Assembly: GCF_001194135.2 (NCBI RefSeq)
Contig: NC_068999.1
Location: 45,422,090-45,486,089, forward strand
Source of the DNA: Octopus bimaculoides
Lineage: Eukaryota
Direction: 5' to 3'
DNA: 64,000 bases
Positions 38,060 to 50,250 of this stretch are shown here, in pieces. A program made the position numbers and the translations under genes. Numbering within the stretch: position 1 is the first letter of the stretch; the number at the start of each line of letters is the position of its first letter. Below the pieces are notes generated by a model that searched no databases, was not told the origin of the DNA, and saw only the letters and a list, made by a program, of their open reading frames with translations.

Positions 38060-38352
38060 AAAAAAAGCTTGTGTCACATGCAAAGCACTGGTGCCACATG
38101 AAAAGCAGTGGTGCTGGTGCCATGTAAAAAGTACTGGTGTCACATAAAATGCACTGGTGATGGTGCCATGTAGAGAAAAGCATCCAGTACACTCTGTAAG
38201 GTGGTTGGCATTGGGAAGGTCATCCAGCTGTAGAAACCAAACCAAAACAGTCTACGGAACCTGGTGTAGTGCCTGGCCTTGCCAATCCCTATCAAGCCGT
38301 CCAACCCATGCCAGCATGGGAAACGGACTTTAAATGATGATGATGATGATGA
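38060..38352 (+). mobile_element. RTE LINE 3' tail with tandem TGGTGCCA/GCACTGG repeats
   Basis: Same tail blocks, ending (GAT)n. Confidence 0.8.
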
Positions 38353-38837
38353 GACTTCAAAAAAGAAATATATATATCATTCTGTACAGGATAACCTCTG
38401 TAGTACAAAACACATGCTTCACTGAACAAGAATGTTTCTCACCCACTGCTAGACAACCAGTTTACCTTCCCATAATATCAAATTCTTTATTTAAAAAAAA
38501 AAAAAACCCCACAACAACAAAAGAACAATTGGAATGCACTTCCTTATGGCAAGGGGTGGGTCAGTAAATTATAATATAGTATTACTCACATTTACAGTTT
38601 CATTGTGTTTCCAGAGGAATCAAGGATGGTAATGCTTGAATTTCGGTGCCCCATTTCTTTTAGTGATAGTCATTGTTGAAATATGGACCATAATGAAAAA
38701 TACCAAGAACACTGACACATATATAAACACAGGACATTTAACTAATTCACTAATTGACAGCTTAATTAATTTACACAGTGACATAAGGCCCCCATTACTG
38801 GCCTGCCAGTTTGCTACGAAACACACAGATACACACA

Positions 38838-38879
<42 letters not shown>

Positions 38880-39025
38880 TATAGTAATAATTGTGTGTGT
38901 GCATGTCCTTCTCTCTCTCTTTATATATATGTGTGTGCGTCACACAATCAGATTGAACTTGGGATCTTATGGCTGCAAAGCAAACTTCTTAACCATTTGG
39001 CCATAATGATCATACTTAAATATAC

Positions 39026-39058
<33 letters not shown>

Positions 39059-39074
39059 GAGTGTGTTTGTGTGA

Positions 39075-39119
<45 letters not shown>

Positions 39120-39124
<5 letters not shown>

Positions 39125-39330
39125 TTGTGTGTCTGTGTTTGTCATACCATCACTTGACAACCAATGCTGGTGTGTTTACGGCCCTGTAACTTAGTGGTTC
39201 GGCAAAAAAGACTGATAGAACAAGTATTAGGCTTACAAAGAATAAGTCCTGTGGTCGATCTGTTCGACTAAAGGTGGTGCTCCAGCATGGCCACAGCCAA
39301 ATGACCGAAACAAATAAAAGAATAAAAGAA
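39120..39330 (+). mobile_element. SINE B 3' half after long (TG)n
   Basis: TCACTTGACAACC ... GACTAAAGGTGGTGCTCCAGCATGGCC ... GAAACAAATAAAAGA. Confidence 0.85.
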
Positions 39331-40311
39331 TCTATCTTTCTATCTATCTATCTATCTATCTATCTAAGATCGNNNNNNNNNNNNNNNNNNNNNNNNNNNN
39401 NNNNNNNNNNNNNNNNNNNNNNNNNNNNNNNNNNNNNNNNNNNNNNNNNNNNNNNNNNNNNNNNNNNNNNNNNNNNNNNNNNNNNNNNNNNNNNNNNNNN
39501 NNNNNNNNNNNNNNNNNNNNNNTATATATATATATATGATGTAAGTGTTTTGTGTTGTCGCCTTATCTTGACCTCCTCATATGAAAGCTGTAAATGTCAC
39601 GAGCTGTGTCATTCGTTTCCAACATTCTGCGAAATCACTTTCTCACCTGTTGCCATGCTAGGTGACAGGAAGGGCATCCCATCCAGTCATAGAAAAATCC
39701 ATCTCAATGAATGCCACCTGACCTAGGCAAGCATAGAAAAGTGGATGGTAAAATGATGATGGTGATATATCCATGATTTCTAATAGAGCTCTTACCATCC
39801 CTGCAGGAGACATTGAGAGCCATGAAAGAAACGGACAGAATTGTATAACGGAAGCTTCAGAAGATTGTCGTGTTTATATTATGAAATTCATATTGTTGCT
39901 TCTGGTTCAGGTGTTTTGTTGCACGCCTTAGCTGAAAGTTGGCAGTGACTATTTGTATGACTGTCAGGTGTAAGTCTGTGTTTTAATACTGAAGTTAAGC
40001 ATTTTGGATGACTAGAACAATTTCATTCGATAATATATTCATTTCAGCTGTGAAAACAATTATTATTTCTCTATCTGAAACCAGAAAGTATTCAGAGACA
40101 TGGCTTACAATAATAGTAATAATAATAATAATAATAATAGCAACAACAATGGAAAATTTTGTTCAGTTGTATTACTTAGTGCCTCATGATATATTTCACT
40201 GCAAAATGACACGTGTAAGTTTTTCTTAAAGGTACTTTGTCTATTAATGTGATTGACAATAAGAATAACAAAGATAGCAGGGATTATTTATTAATAATAA
40301 ATTTACAGGTG

Positions 40312-40905
40312 TAAGGTAGTGAACAGGTAGTATCGTTAGCATGCTGGGAAAAATGCTTTATGTTTTGAGTTCAAATTATGCAGAGCTCGACTTTACCTTT
40401 CATCCTTTCGGGATCGATAAAATAAGTACCAGTTGAATATTGGGGTCAATGTAACCGACTTAACCCCCTCCCCTGAAATTGGTGTCCTTGTGCCAAAATC
40501 TCAAACCAATGGAATCAATATGTATACAGGCCTGGCTGTGTGGTTAGGAAGGCTTGCATTGCAACCAGATGATTTTGGGTTCACTCCCATTGTGCAGCAC
40601 CTTGGGCATGTACCGTATTCACAGTATAGCTCCAAATACCCTTTGAGTGAATTCAGTAAATATGGAAACTGTGAGGAAGCCTGTTATATGTTTGTGTGCG
40701 TGTGTGTGTGTGTGTGTTTGTATGTTTTTGTGTCTATGTTCCCCCTCGCTTGACAACCTATGTTGGTTTGTTTATGTTACCTGTAGCTTAGCATTTCAGC
40801 AAAACCCTAAAAATATAATTGTTGAGGCTGATTCGTTTGACTAAATCTGTCCAAGGCAATGACCCAGCATAGTTACACAGTCCAATGACTGAAACCAGTA
40901 AACGA
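40312..40905 (+). mobile_element. SINE A (40312-40510) followed by SINE B (40520-40905)
   Basis: Family blocks as above. Confidence 0.8.
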
Positions 40906-40951
40906 TCAAAGTTAAAAATAATTAGAATAGCAAACAGATTTTTTTTTTTTT

Positions 40952-41765
40952 TTAATAATGTGATCCTTGTTGTCGATTACCAACCAACCAAGAACAAGTT
41001 TTGTTATATTTGGTTCCCATTATTTGTCAAAAATTTTGTTAAAGCACTAAAGCTTTTCTTTGCTAAAGGGGATAATAATGGAAAAGAATGGAAATTAGCT
41101 TGGCTTCACTTTATAATGAAAGAAATTTCAAATTGTATTGTAACCACATTTCAAGTAAATCTTGATTTTCAAATATTGTCGTTATTTTTTCTTAATTTTC
41201 TAACTCAGTAATCGTCTCCTTCAATTCACTTTTTGTTTTCTTGTTCTACATAACTTTTTATTTTTATTTTTTCAATCCAGTCAGGAATCTCAGTTCAATC
41301 AACTCGTTAAATCTTCTTTCGATCATTGTGTAGGTTGTTAGATTATTATCTTGAGATAATTGTGAAATGCTTTACATAGATGGCAACTAACAGAACTCTG
41401 TTCTGCTGAAGATTTGCTTGTGCAAGTTTAATTTTACTTAATAAACTGTCGACGCTGCATGTATTAGATTAAAATTGTTCCCTCACAGTTGCAAATTCAG
41501 GCTCTTTATCAACAAAGTAAGAGCAAGTCACATTTCTGCCAATAAAGTCAAGTGTTTGCTGGTTGATTGTCATGATTTTTATATGTATATCAACAATAAT
41601 ACAAAAAAGAAAAAAAACCCAGCAATAATGTTGTATAAAACTGGAAGAAGTGTTTCCTAGAAGACCTTTTTGACAGCCAGGTGAACCCCATTCAGTATGG
41701 AGAAGCAATCTTTCAAGATTTTCTCTATTCTGATAGTATTGTCTTATTATATTGATTTTATTCAA
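40952..41765 (-). pseudogene. Fossil hAT transposase (Buster/Charlie, SCAND3/ZBED8-like), C-terminal half
   Basis: Collinear motifs ENLERLLLHTE (cf. LLLHTEVRWLS), SYFVD..EF, NLHND..RRFNELIE..EIPDWI, TITELEN.EKITTIFENQDLLEMWLQ, FPLLSPLAKKSFSALTKFLT (cf. FPSSYLVERGFS), QQGSHY*; many stops and frameshifts. Confidence 0.85.
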
Positions 41766-41769
41766 TGAT

Positions 41770-41995
41770 ATAAATTTGCTGATATTTATAGATGATGAAG
41801 AATTTGAATTTACAACCAGCTTTTAGCCACACACTCTAAGAATGCAGCCCACAGTTTTAGAATTTAAATTAAGATTGTACAGGCTAAACCTTAGCAGAAG
41901 GGAGCTCTTGTCAGTTCTCATTCACATGAAGCATTTTACCATTATTTACAGATGGTAATTTAAGGGCCTACTTTATACATCTAGAATAATTGAAG
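41770..41995 (+). pseudogene. Second hAT transposase fragment of the same superfamily, opposite strand
   Basis: FADI.., KNLNLQP, VLEFKLRLYRLNLSRREL, TDGNLRAYFIHLE (cf. YLxDIF..NELNLQLQG, KLxLYKxNLxRRE, DxDLxVYxxHLE). Confidence 0.7.
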
Positions 41996-42005
41996 GAAGA
42001 ATCTA

Positions 42006-42092
42006 TTCTATTTTGAATAATAATCAGCAATCCACTCCAATCAATTGATGCATTGATTAAAGGGAAATTCCTGATTGTTATTCAAAACAGAA
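42006..42092. repeat. 87-bp fold-back inverted repeat
   Basis: Arms 42006-42031 and 42067-42092 match at 23/26; inner AATCAAT/ATTGATT. Confidence 0.8.
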
Positions 42093-42294
42093 CGAAAATT
42101 TGAATTACAGGTGATTGTCGTTGAATTTTAGAATGATAAGAAAGTAAAGATGTTTTTTGCAAATCAGAGCTCCTATGAAATCTGGTTACAAAGAAATATG
42201 AAATTTAAATTGCTGCAGAATGTGTATATGTACATATATATGTATGTGTGTGCATGTGTGAATGTGTATATATATAAGTATATGTACATATGTG

Positions 42295-42335
<41 letters not shown>

Positions 42336-42339
42336 TGTA

Positions 42340-42745
42340 CAGGTGCAGGCATGGCCATGCGATTAAGAAGCTCTCTCTGTAACCTCATGGTTTCAGGTTC
42401 ACTTCCACGATGCAGCACCTTAGACAAGTATCTTCTAATGTAATCCTGCACCAACCAGTACCTTGTGAGCGAATTTGGGAGATGGACTCTGTGTGAAAGC
42501 TGGTCATGTGTGTATGTGTGTGTGCATGTGTGTGTGTATGTGTTTGTGTTTGTTGCCCACTATCACTTAACAGCCAGTGCTGGTTTGTTTACAGCCACCA
42601 CAACTAAGCAGTTCAGCAAAAGTGGTTGATAGAATAAGGACCAGACTTAAAAGCATAAATCCTGGGGTCGTTTTGTTCGACTAAAACCCTCCAAGGTGGT
42701 GCTCCAGCATGGCAACAGTTCAATGACTAAGAAGACAAAATGGTA
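42340..42745 (+). mobile_element. SINE B full length
   Basis: GGTGCAGGCATGGCC head to GGTGGTGCTCCAGCATGG tail. Confidence 0.85.
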
Positions 42746-43103
42746 AAAGGTATATTCTCAGATAACGTTGCATCTAATTTCTCCTTCTTAGCTATGAGTG
42801 TGTGCAGGAATTTGCTGGTGTGTGCATTTTCCCTTCCTCTGCAAAATACGTATGCATCCATGCACAATTTCTTCGCTTAAAAGATCTCTTGTTTCATCTT
42901 GGAAAAACTTCATGCACGTGTTCTTTGTTTCTCTTTCCTTTGCAATGTTATTTGCAAGACGCGTGCGCACACAAAGAAGGGAAACCTTTTGTGCACTGCT
43001 TATAAAATGTATGCGCATACATTAGCAGAGTTGCTGAGAGGGAAGCCATTTTGCTTTTATTGAGCATGTTGTTTCTTTTCATCTTAGCAATATTGTTATT
43101 ATG

Positions 43104-43545
43104 GTAAGGTGGCGAGCTGTCAGAATCGTTAGCACGCCGGGCGAAATGCTTAGCGGTATTTCGTCTGCCGCTACGTTCTGAGTTCAAATTCCGCCGAGGT
43201 CGACTTTGCCTTTCATCCTATCGGGGTCGATAAATTAAGTACCAGTTATGCACTGGAGTCAATGTAATCGACTTAATCCCTTTGTCTGTCCTTGTTTGTC
43301 CCTCTATGTTTAGCCCCTTGTGGGCAATAAAGAAATAAGAAACGTTAGCAGGCCGGGCGAAATGCTTAGCAGTATTTCGTCTGCCGTTATGTTCTGAGTT
43401 CAAATTCCGCCAAGGCTGACTTTACCTTTCATCCTTTCGGGGTTGATAAATTAAGCACCAGCTGCGTACAGGGGTCGATCTAATTGATTGGCCCCTCCCC
43501 AGAAATTTCGGGCTTTGCACTTAGAGTAGAAAAGAATATTGTTAT
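43104..43545 (+). mobile_element. Head-to-tail SINE A dimer (tail type 1 then tail type 2), low divergence
   Basis: Unit 1 43104-43336, unit 2 restarts at AGAAACGTTAGC (about 43337). Confidence 0.9.
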
Positions 43546-43981
43546 TACAGTTCCCAAATCTTTTATTGCTTGTCTTTTGCTTATTTCAGTCAATGGAAGG
43601 TTGTTACAGTTCAGTGTCAAAACATCCAGTGAACGTTGGATGCTATCTGATGGCATCAGATCTGGCCAAAGCTCCATTCACTTTGGTGAGTGGAAGAAAC
43701 ACCTCCTTCTAGTTGTTATTAACACATAGCCTCTTTGGAGTTTAAATGTTCCTAGATTTTTTTGACTTTCCTAGAAATTCAGTGTTATCTTTTGAGTGAC
43801 GTAGTTGTTACAGATATACATGAGTTCTGCGTTATAAAAGACTGGAATTGGTATGGTTGACACCTTAATAGAATAATTATCTCCGGGTTTGATGTTCTGA
43901 TTATTGACTTCATTCTCATTTCACTAATGAAGGATTGGTCTTTGTTTGTTATTAGAGCACATTATCTGCTTTTTAATTTTA

Positions 43982-44347
43982 TTGCCTCTGCGTTAACGAC
44001 GGCGGATTTATTGTTTTCAGTCATGTTAGTTTATTGGTCTATGGACAAGATATCTCAAGAACTACTGGATGGCTTCGGATGAAACTTTCAGGGATGTTTG
44101 GCCTCGAGACTAGCACAAACTGATTAGATTTTGGGATTGATCTGGTACGGGACAAGGATTCTGGATTATTTTTCCTGTTCTTTTTTTATTTAATTTTTGA
44201 GAGCGGTCAGGTTCATTTTTAGTATTCTCTTTTGTGAGAGCAGTCAAGTTTACTTCAGATATTCTCATTTTAAAAATCATCTCCAGCTAATCGTTGAGAG
44301 AATGTTGGTGTTGCCATGGTGGAGGTTTGCACTCTCTGAGTGCTCTT
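43982..44347 (+). mobile_element. Non-autonomous Helentron/Helitron2-like element (HINE-like) copy 1
   Basis: 5' GCCTCTGC...GGCGGA, 3' subTIR CCATGGTGGAGGT, 3' hairpin GCACTC-TCT-GAGTGC; collinear with 62906-63273. Confidence 0.7.
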
Positions 44348-44555
44348 GTTTATTTATTTATTTATTTATTTATTTTGTGCTATTAATATAGTTTAATTAG
44401 TCTCATTTTTGGTACTGGATTCTCAGCAGGATGTTTGCGTTGTCAACTAAACATTTTGGAATATAGTTTTACTTCATGTTGTATAACATTGTTTTAGAAT
44501 AACGTGTGTGTGTGTGTGTGTGTATATACATATATCCATATACATATGTATATAC

Positions 44556-44595
<40 letters not shown>

Positions 44596-44644
44596 ATATG
44601 TATATATATATATATATAAACATACACACACAGATATATATACA

Positions 44645-44797
44645 ATGGATTTTTTTCAGTTTCTGTCTACCAAATCGACTCACAAGGCTTTCGTTGACCC
44701 GAAGCTATAGTATAAGACACTTGCCCAAGGTGTTGCACAGTGGGACGGACTGAACCCAGAAGCATGTGGTTGGGAAGCAAGCTTCTTACCACACAGC
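44645..44797 (-). mobile_element. SINE B 5' half
   Basis: TTTCAGTTTCTGTCTACC ... GCAAGCTTCTTACCACACAGC. Confidence 0.85.
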
Positions 44798-44818
44798 GAC
44801 ACACACACACACACACAG

Positions 44819-44872
<54 letters not shown>

Positions 44873-46099
44873 CCACACACACACACACACATATATGTAT
44901 ATATATAGTATGTTCTGGTTTTAGCTTTTTTGATTATAGATTTTTCTTAGTTTCATGTCAGCTTTTCACTGTTACTTTGGAGTTATAAAGTTTCTAAATC
45001 AATACACAATGTTTTTAGGCCTTCAAGAATTGAGATAGATTTGACAGAAAAGTCTAGAAAATATTTGACCAATACATAAGAAGCACTGCAGGCATCAAAT
45101 TTATTTCCACTCTTTAAAATGATACTGTGCAGGTCTGGAAATGTTCAATATAGATTTAGGAACTTTATTGTTCCAAAGTTACTGCAAGAAACTAAGATGA
45201 ATATACATAAAAAGACGTAAAGAGAAATATAAATTTTGAACACAGTTGCATCTTGAATGAATATATACATATATATAATTAATTATATTCATGAAGAAAC
45301 GATGAATTTTTTCATTACGAAATTTTTCGTTATTTTTTCATTATGAGGTTTTTTTCACGCTGACTACTTGATAAATTCTTATAAAGAATTTATCCTATAT
45401 TATATTATATATATATATATATATNNNNNNNNNNNNNNNNNNNNNNNNNNNNNNNNNNNNNNNNNNNNNNNNNNNNNNNNNNNNNNNNNNNNNNNNNNNN
45501 NNNNNNNNNNNNNNNNNNNNNNNNNNNNNNNNNNNNNNNNNNNNNNNNNNNNNNNNNNNNNNNNNNNNNNNNNNNNNNNNNNNNNNNNNNNNNNNNNNNN
45601 NNNNNNNNNNNNNNNNNNNNNNNNNNNNNNNNNNNNNNNNNNNNNNNNNNNNNNNNNNNNNNNNNNNNNNNNNNNNNNNNNNNNNNNNTATATATATATA
45701 TATATATATCATCATCATCATCATCATCATCGTTTAACGTCCATTCTATAATTATAAGCATAATTATAATTAGGGTTCAGCAAATTGCTTCACCACATAC
45801 CGAAATTTAGAAATAGCAGTTAAATACTATTTTTCTATCATAAGATATCTCTCAGACAGCAATACTCTTATTTTACATAGGTAAAGAGAAAAAAATAACG
45901 AATCTACCTGACTTTGATTAACTACATATGTGTTTCAGGATTAAAGAGATGTAAAGTTTATATTTACCCATTTATTTCCTTCTTCGGTGTATTTGTTTGA
46001 CTAAAGACGGTGCTCCAGTATGGCCGCAGTCAAATGACTGAAACAAATAAAAAAATTAAAAGAATATATTGTACCTTTAATGTAGTTTTCATGAAGATT

Positions 46100-46215
46100 C
46101 AGCATGACACAGTATGCTACAAGACCAGCCCTTTTAATCAGCAAGTATGACTCATTTCTGCCAGATGAGTGGATTGGAGCAACATGAAGTAAAGTGTCTG
46201 GCTGGAGGACACAAT
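46100..46215 (-). mobile_element. SINE C core fragment
   Basis: CAGCATGACACAG ... GAGTGGATTGGAGCAAC ... GGACACAA. Confidence 0.65.
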
Positions 46216-46289
46216 GTGCATCCAAATATGGAAGTCATGGCCTTATGACCTTGAGCCGATTGCAGTCACCACTTAGCCACACGCCTCCA

Positions 46290-46309
46290 TTAGTAGTAGT
46301 AGCAGTAGC

Positions 46310-46358
<49 letters not shown>

Positions 46359-46465
46359 ATGGTGGTGGCGGTGGTATTCGTAGATGTGGTGGTGGTGGTG
46401 TTGCTGCTGGTGGCAGTGGTGCTGGCGGTGGTGGTGGTCGTCGTCGTCATCGTCGTCGTTGTGGT
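46290..46465. repeat. (AGT)n/(GGT)n/(CGT)n array
   Basis: Direct reading. Confidence 0.95.
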
Positions 46466-47344
46466 CAAGGAAAGGCAGAGTGAGGAGTCATCATGTCTGT
46501 AAGCCAGAAGATGATATGTGATGGCAGGTAAGCTAGCTGTACACCAATCAGCCAGGTATGAAAAAAGAAAAATGACAAGGCAACAAGTATTTTTGACACA
46601 GGCTTTTGTCACCTATCAATCTTAACATTGCTCTAGCATGGTTGCTGAAATAAAGTAGGGAATTTTCCTTTTGATGTCCCTAAATAATAGTAAAGCCACC
46701 AACAATTGGAGCTCCATTACTCTATTCCCTAGAAACTAATACCAAAGAGAATCCTTTAGAATGGTTGTTCTGTAGATTAAAATTTTCCTTTAGAAGAAGA
46801 AATAGCTTCTTCTTATCGGCTTCATTTTATGGTGAACGAAATCTTGTTCTGCCCAAGCTGAATAAATTTCTCTACCTCTTCATTATATAAAGCAAGGTCA
46901 GCAGAAATAGATAATTCTTGTCAGAGGGCATTGCAAAAAAATTCTTCCACAAATTTTGGAATCTGCATCACAGTAACATAGAGTGTCCACTGGTGGGGAG
47001 CTGATCTGTGGCATAGGGTGGTTGTTGTAGTTGGTGTGTTGCCACACCCAGTGCCAACAAATTTCAAACAGGGGTATAACAAAAAATTTCCATTAACGCT
47101 TGTGTTTAAATTATAATGAATTTGCCATTTTTGATGGGTCTGCAATGCACACCTTTCACACCCAGAATATATGCCCTTGGAGCTGTGATCCTTTTTTTTT
47201 TTTTTGATTACCAGCTTTGTTCTCCCTAATCTGGTTCACAGTTAATTCAACCATTTCCATTTAAGGCTTATGCTTTTTTTTTTTGTTTTGGTTGAGCGGG
47301 TTCTGTTCCAGATTGTATTCTGAGTGGAGTGTTCTATGACAACA

Positions 47345-47493
47345 GGCACAAGCATGGCAGTATGGTTAAGGAGTCAGCTTTCTAAGTTCAATCCCACTGC
47401 ATGGCACCTTATGCAACTGTCTTCTACTATAACTCCAAGAAAACTAGTGCCTCGTGAGTGGATTTAGACAGAAATTGAAAGAAGCTCATTGTA
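47345..47493 (+). mobile_element. SINE B 5' half, interrupted by a MITE
   Basis: GGCACAAGCATGGCAG ... GAGTGGATTTAGACAGAAATTGAAAGAAGC. Confidence 0.75.
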
Positions 47494-47620
47494 CAGGGTG
47501 TCCACAAAGTCTGGGTACATGGAGTAAATAAAACTATAACATAAACAATTAAATATAAGAAATAATAATTTCTTAAAGTATGTGTCAATCCCCATGTACC
47601 CAGACTTTGTGGACACCCTG
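47494..47620. mobile_element. 127-bp Tc1/mariner-type MITE with perfect 29-bp TIRs
   Basis: CAGGGTGTCCACAAAGTCTGGGTACATGG / CCATGTACCCAGACTTTGTGGACACCCTG; TA on left, TG on right. Confidence 0.9.
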
Positions 47621-47864
47621 TGTATGTGTGTATCTTTATCTTCACATCACAGGATAGCTATGAATAAGTGTCACTGCCATAAAAGTGTTATTCTTTATTT
47701 TCAATCTTCTGGGAAAACAAGTCTGGCCATGGAGAAATATCACTTTGCTTGGAAACAGGTTAGGGTTGACAACAGTAAGAGCATCCAGTCATAGAAAATC
47801 TACCTCATTGAATTCCACATGACCCATACAAGCATAGAAAAGTGGACATTAAAATGATGATGTC

Positions 47865-48062
47865 AAATTTTGGCACAATGCCTACAATTTCGTGGAAGAG
47901 GTTAAGTCGATTACATCGACCTCAGTACGCAACTGGTACTTATTTTATTGATCCTGAAAGAACGAAAGATAAAGTCGATCAGAGCGGAATTTGAACTCAG
48001 AACATGAAGACAGATGAAATGCCACTAAGCATCTCGCTCAGTGTGCTAACGATTCTGCCACT
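47865..48062 (-). mobile_element. SINE A
   Basis: GTCGATTACATCGACC ... GGAATTTGAACTCAGAAC ... GCTAACGATTCTGCCA. Confidence 0.85.
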
Positions 48063-48246
48063 AATAATAATAATGATAATTATATAAGCCCAGAATTCTC
48101 TTTCATATATTTATGTATGCAAATGTACTGTTGCAACAGGAAACATCTTCGGCAACGTTGAATAATTACGACGACCATTATATCCTAATTTTATTCTTGT
48201 AGAATTATCTTTGAAAGGTTGCTTCTAAGATAAACCAACTCTTGTT

Positions 48247-48297
<51 letters not shown>

Positions 48298-48749
48298 AAC
48301 TCTTGGAGGAAAATAAAATAAATGATGGATAATTAAAAGAGAATTCCATCTACTTTTCTTTAAACGGAATGAAAATATTGGCATTGTGAAATGAAAAGCG
48401 GAAAAAAAAAAGACAAAAACGATTTGGCTGATTCCAAAAATTGATGAAGAAAAGAGCGAAGGCAGTTAAAACAAAAACAAAGCAACAAAAGAAAATCCCA
48501 AACATATATATATATATATATATATTCTTCTATTAATTCCAACCACCTCCTGCTCCACCACATTATTTTTCATTTTAAAGGTATTAAGTGGTGCCATTAT
48601 GGAATTGGTAAGCTTGCCTGCTGATGTCTCGACAGTTAGGAGACTGGTTGCTTTGAACCTCTTCTCATTAATTCATATATTTCTTCATTTTTATCAGAAA
48701 ATTCCATGAAAAACAATAAGCATTTCCTTTATGGCTTTCTCTCTCTTTT

Positions 48750-48805
48750 TCTCTATTATTATTATCATTATCCTCATTATTATTATTATTATTATTATCA
48801 TTATT

Positions 48806-48840
<35 letters not shown>

Positions 48841-48845
48841 TATCA

Positions 48846-48876
<31 letters not shown>

Positions 48877-49026
48877 ATATGCATGTGTGTACATTTATAT
48901 ATATATACATGTGTGTATGTATATCTGTATATATGTATGTATAGATATGCATATATATGTATATNNNNNNNNNNNNNNNNNNNNNNNNNNNNNNNNNNNN
49001 NNNNNNNNNNNNNNNNNNNNNNNNNN

Positions 49027-49078
<52 letters not shown>

Positions 49079-49178
49079 TACATATACATACATATATATA
49101 CATACACATACATACATACATACATACACACGCACACATGCACACACACATACATGCACACATACATGCATACATACA

Positions 49179-49212
<34 letters not shown>

Positions 49213-50181
49213 CATAATGAGTGTTGTGCATGGCATGTGTACATTCTAAATAAAATGTCTAATTTCCTAGAATCTGAATGGAGTTTTTGGATTTTTAAAA
49301 GGAGATATTCAAATAACTTGGTTGATTTCTAAAACTATAAGTGTTTGCTGTTTCATTAAGTGTTTTAACAGCAGCAAGTCATTTAGAGTGAATGAAAAAC
49401 TTGGTGCTTGGCAACCAACGCTAATAGTGATTCATTTACGGAATTTAACATTTCGGATGATATACGCGCAGATGCACACACATAAGTGCAAATATACACA
49501 GACGCTCTCACACACACACACACATGTACAAATACATGCATACATATGCTGACACAAACGCGCATGCAGATACAGATAGACACCTACACGCATATGGAAA
49601 CACACACACACACACACGCACACACACAAACATGCATACACACACACATACTCAAATATATGCACACTCTCGAACACACATGCGTGCGCACGCACCCACA
49701 CACTCACACATACACACACACATACACTCAAACACATATGTGCATACTCAAGCATGTGCACTCTCTCAAACATGCATGCACTCTCAAGCACTCACATATG
49801 CGCACACACACCATGCACACACATTGTCAAACATGCACACAACTCTCAAACATGTGTGTTCTCAAACACGCATGCACTCTCAAATGCACATATGCACACA
49901 CACCCAAATATGCACGCACCCTCAAACAGGCATGCACTCTTAAACATCATGCGCACCCGCCGACACACACATGCACTATCAAACACACACATTCTCAAAC
50001 ACATTCAAACACACACACACACACACTGAAACGTGTACACTCTTAAACACACATGCACTCTCCAACATGCACACGCACACGCACACGTACTCAAACATGC
50101 ACATACACGTGCAAAAATGGAAACACTTACTCATACACTCTCTCAAAGACACTTCACTTCTCTCTCTCTTTCTATCAATCA

Positions 50182-50225
<44 letters not shown>

Positions 50226-50250
50226 CTTTCTCTCTCTCTGTCTCTCTCTC
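48750..50250. repeat. Microsatellite field: (ATT), (TA), (TACA), CA-derived minisatellite 49480-50110, (CTAT), (CT)
   Basis: Direct reading. Confidence 0.9.

Noticed and set aside
43104-43200. tRNA genes at SINE heads
   Set aside because: A/B-box-like motifs are present but I could not fold a cloverleaf, and they run directly into SINE cores.
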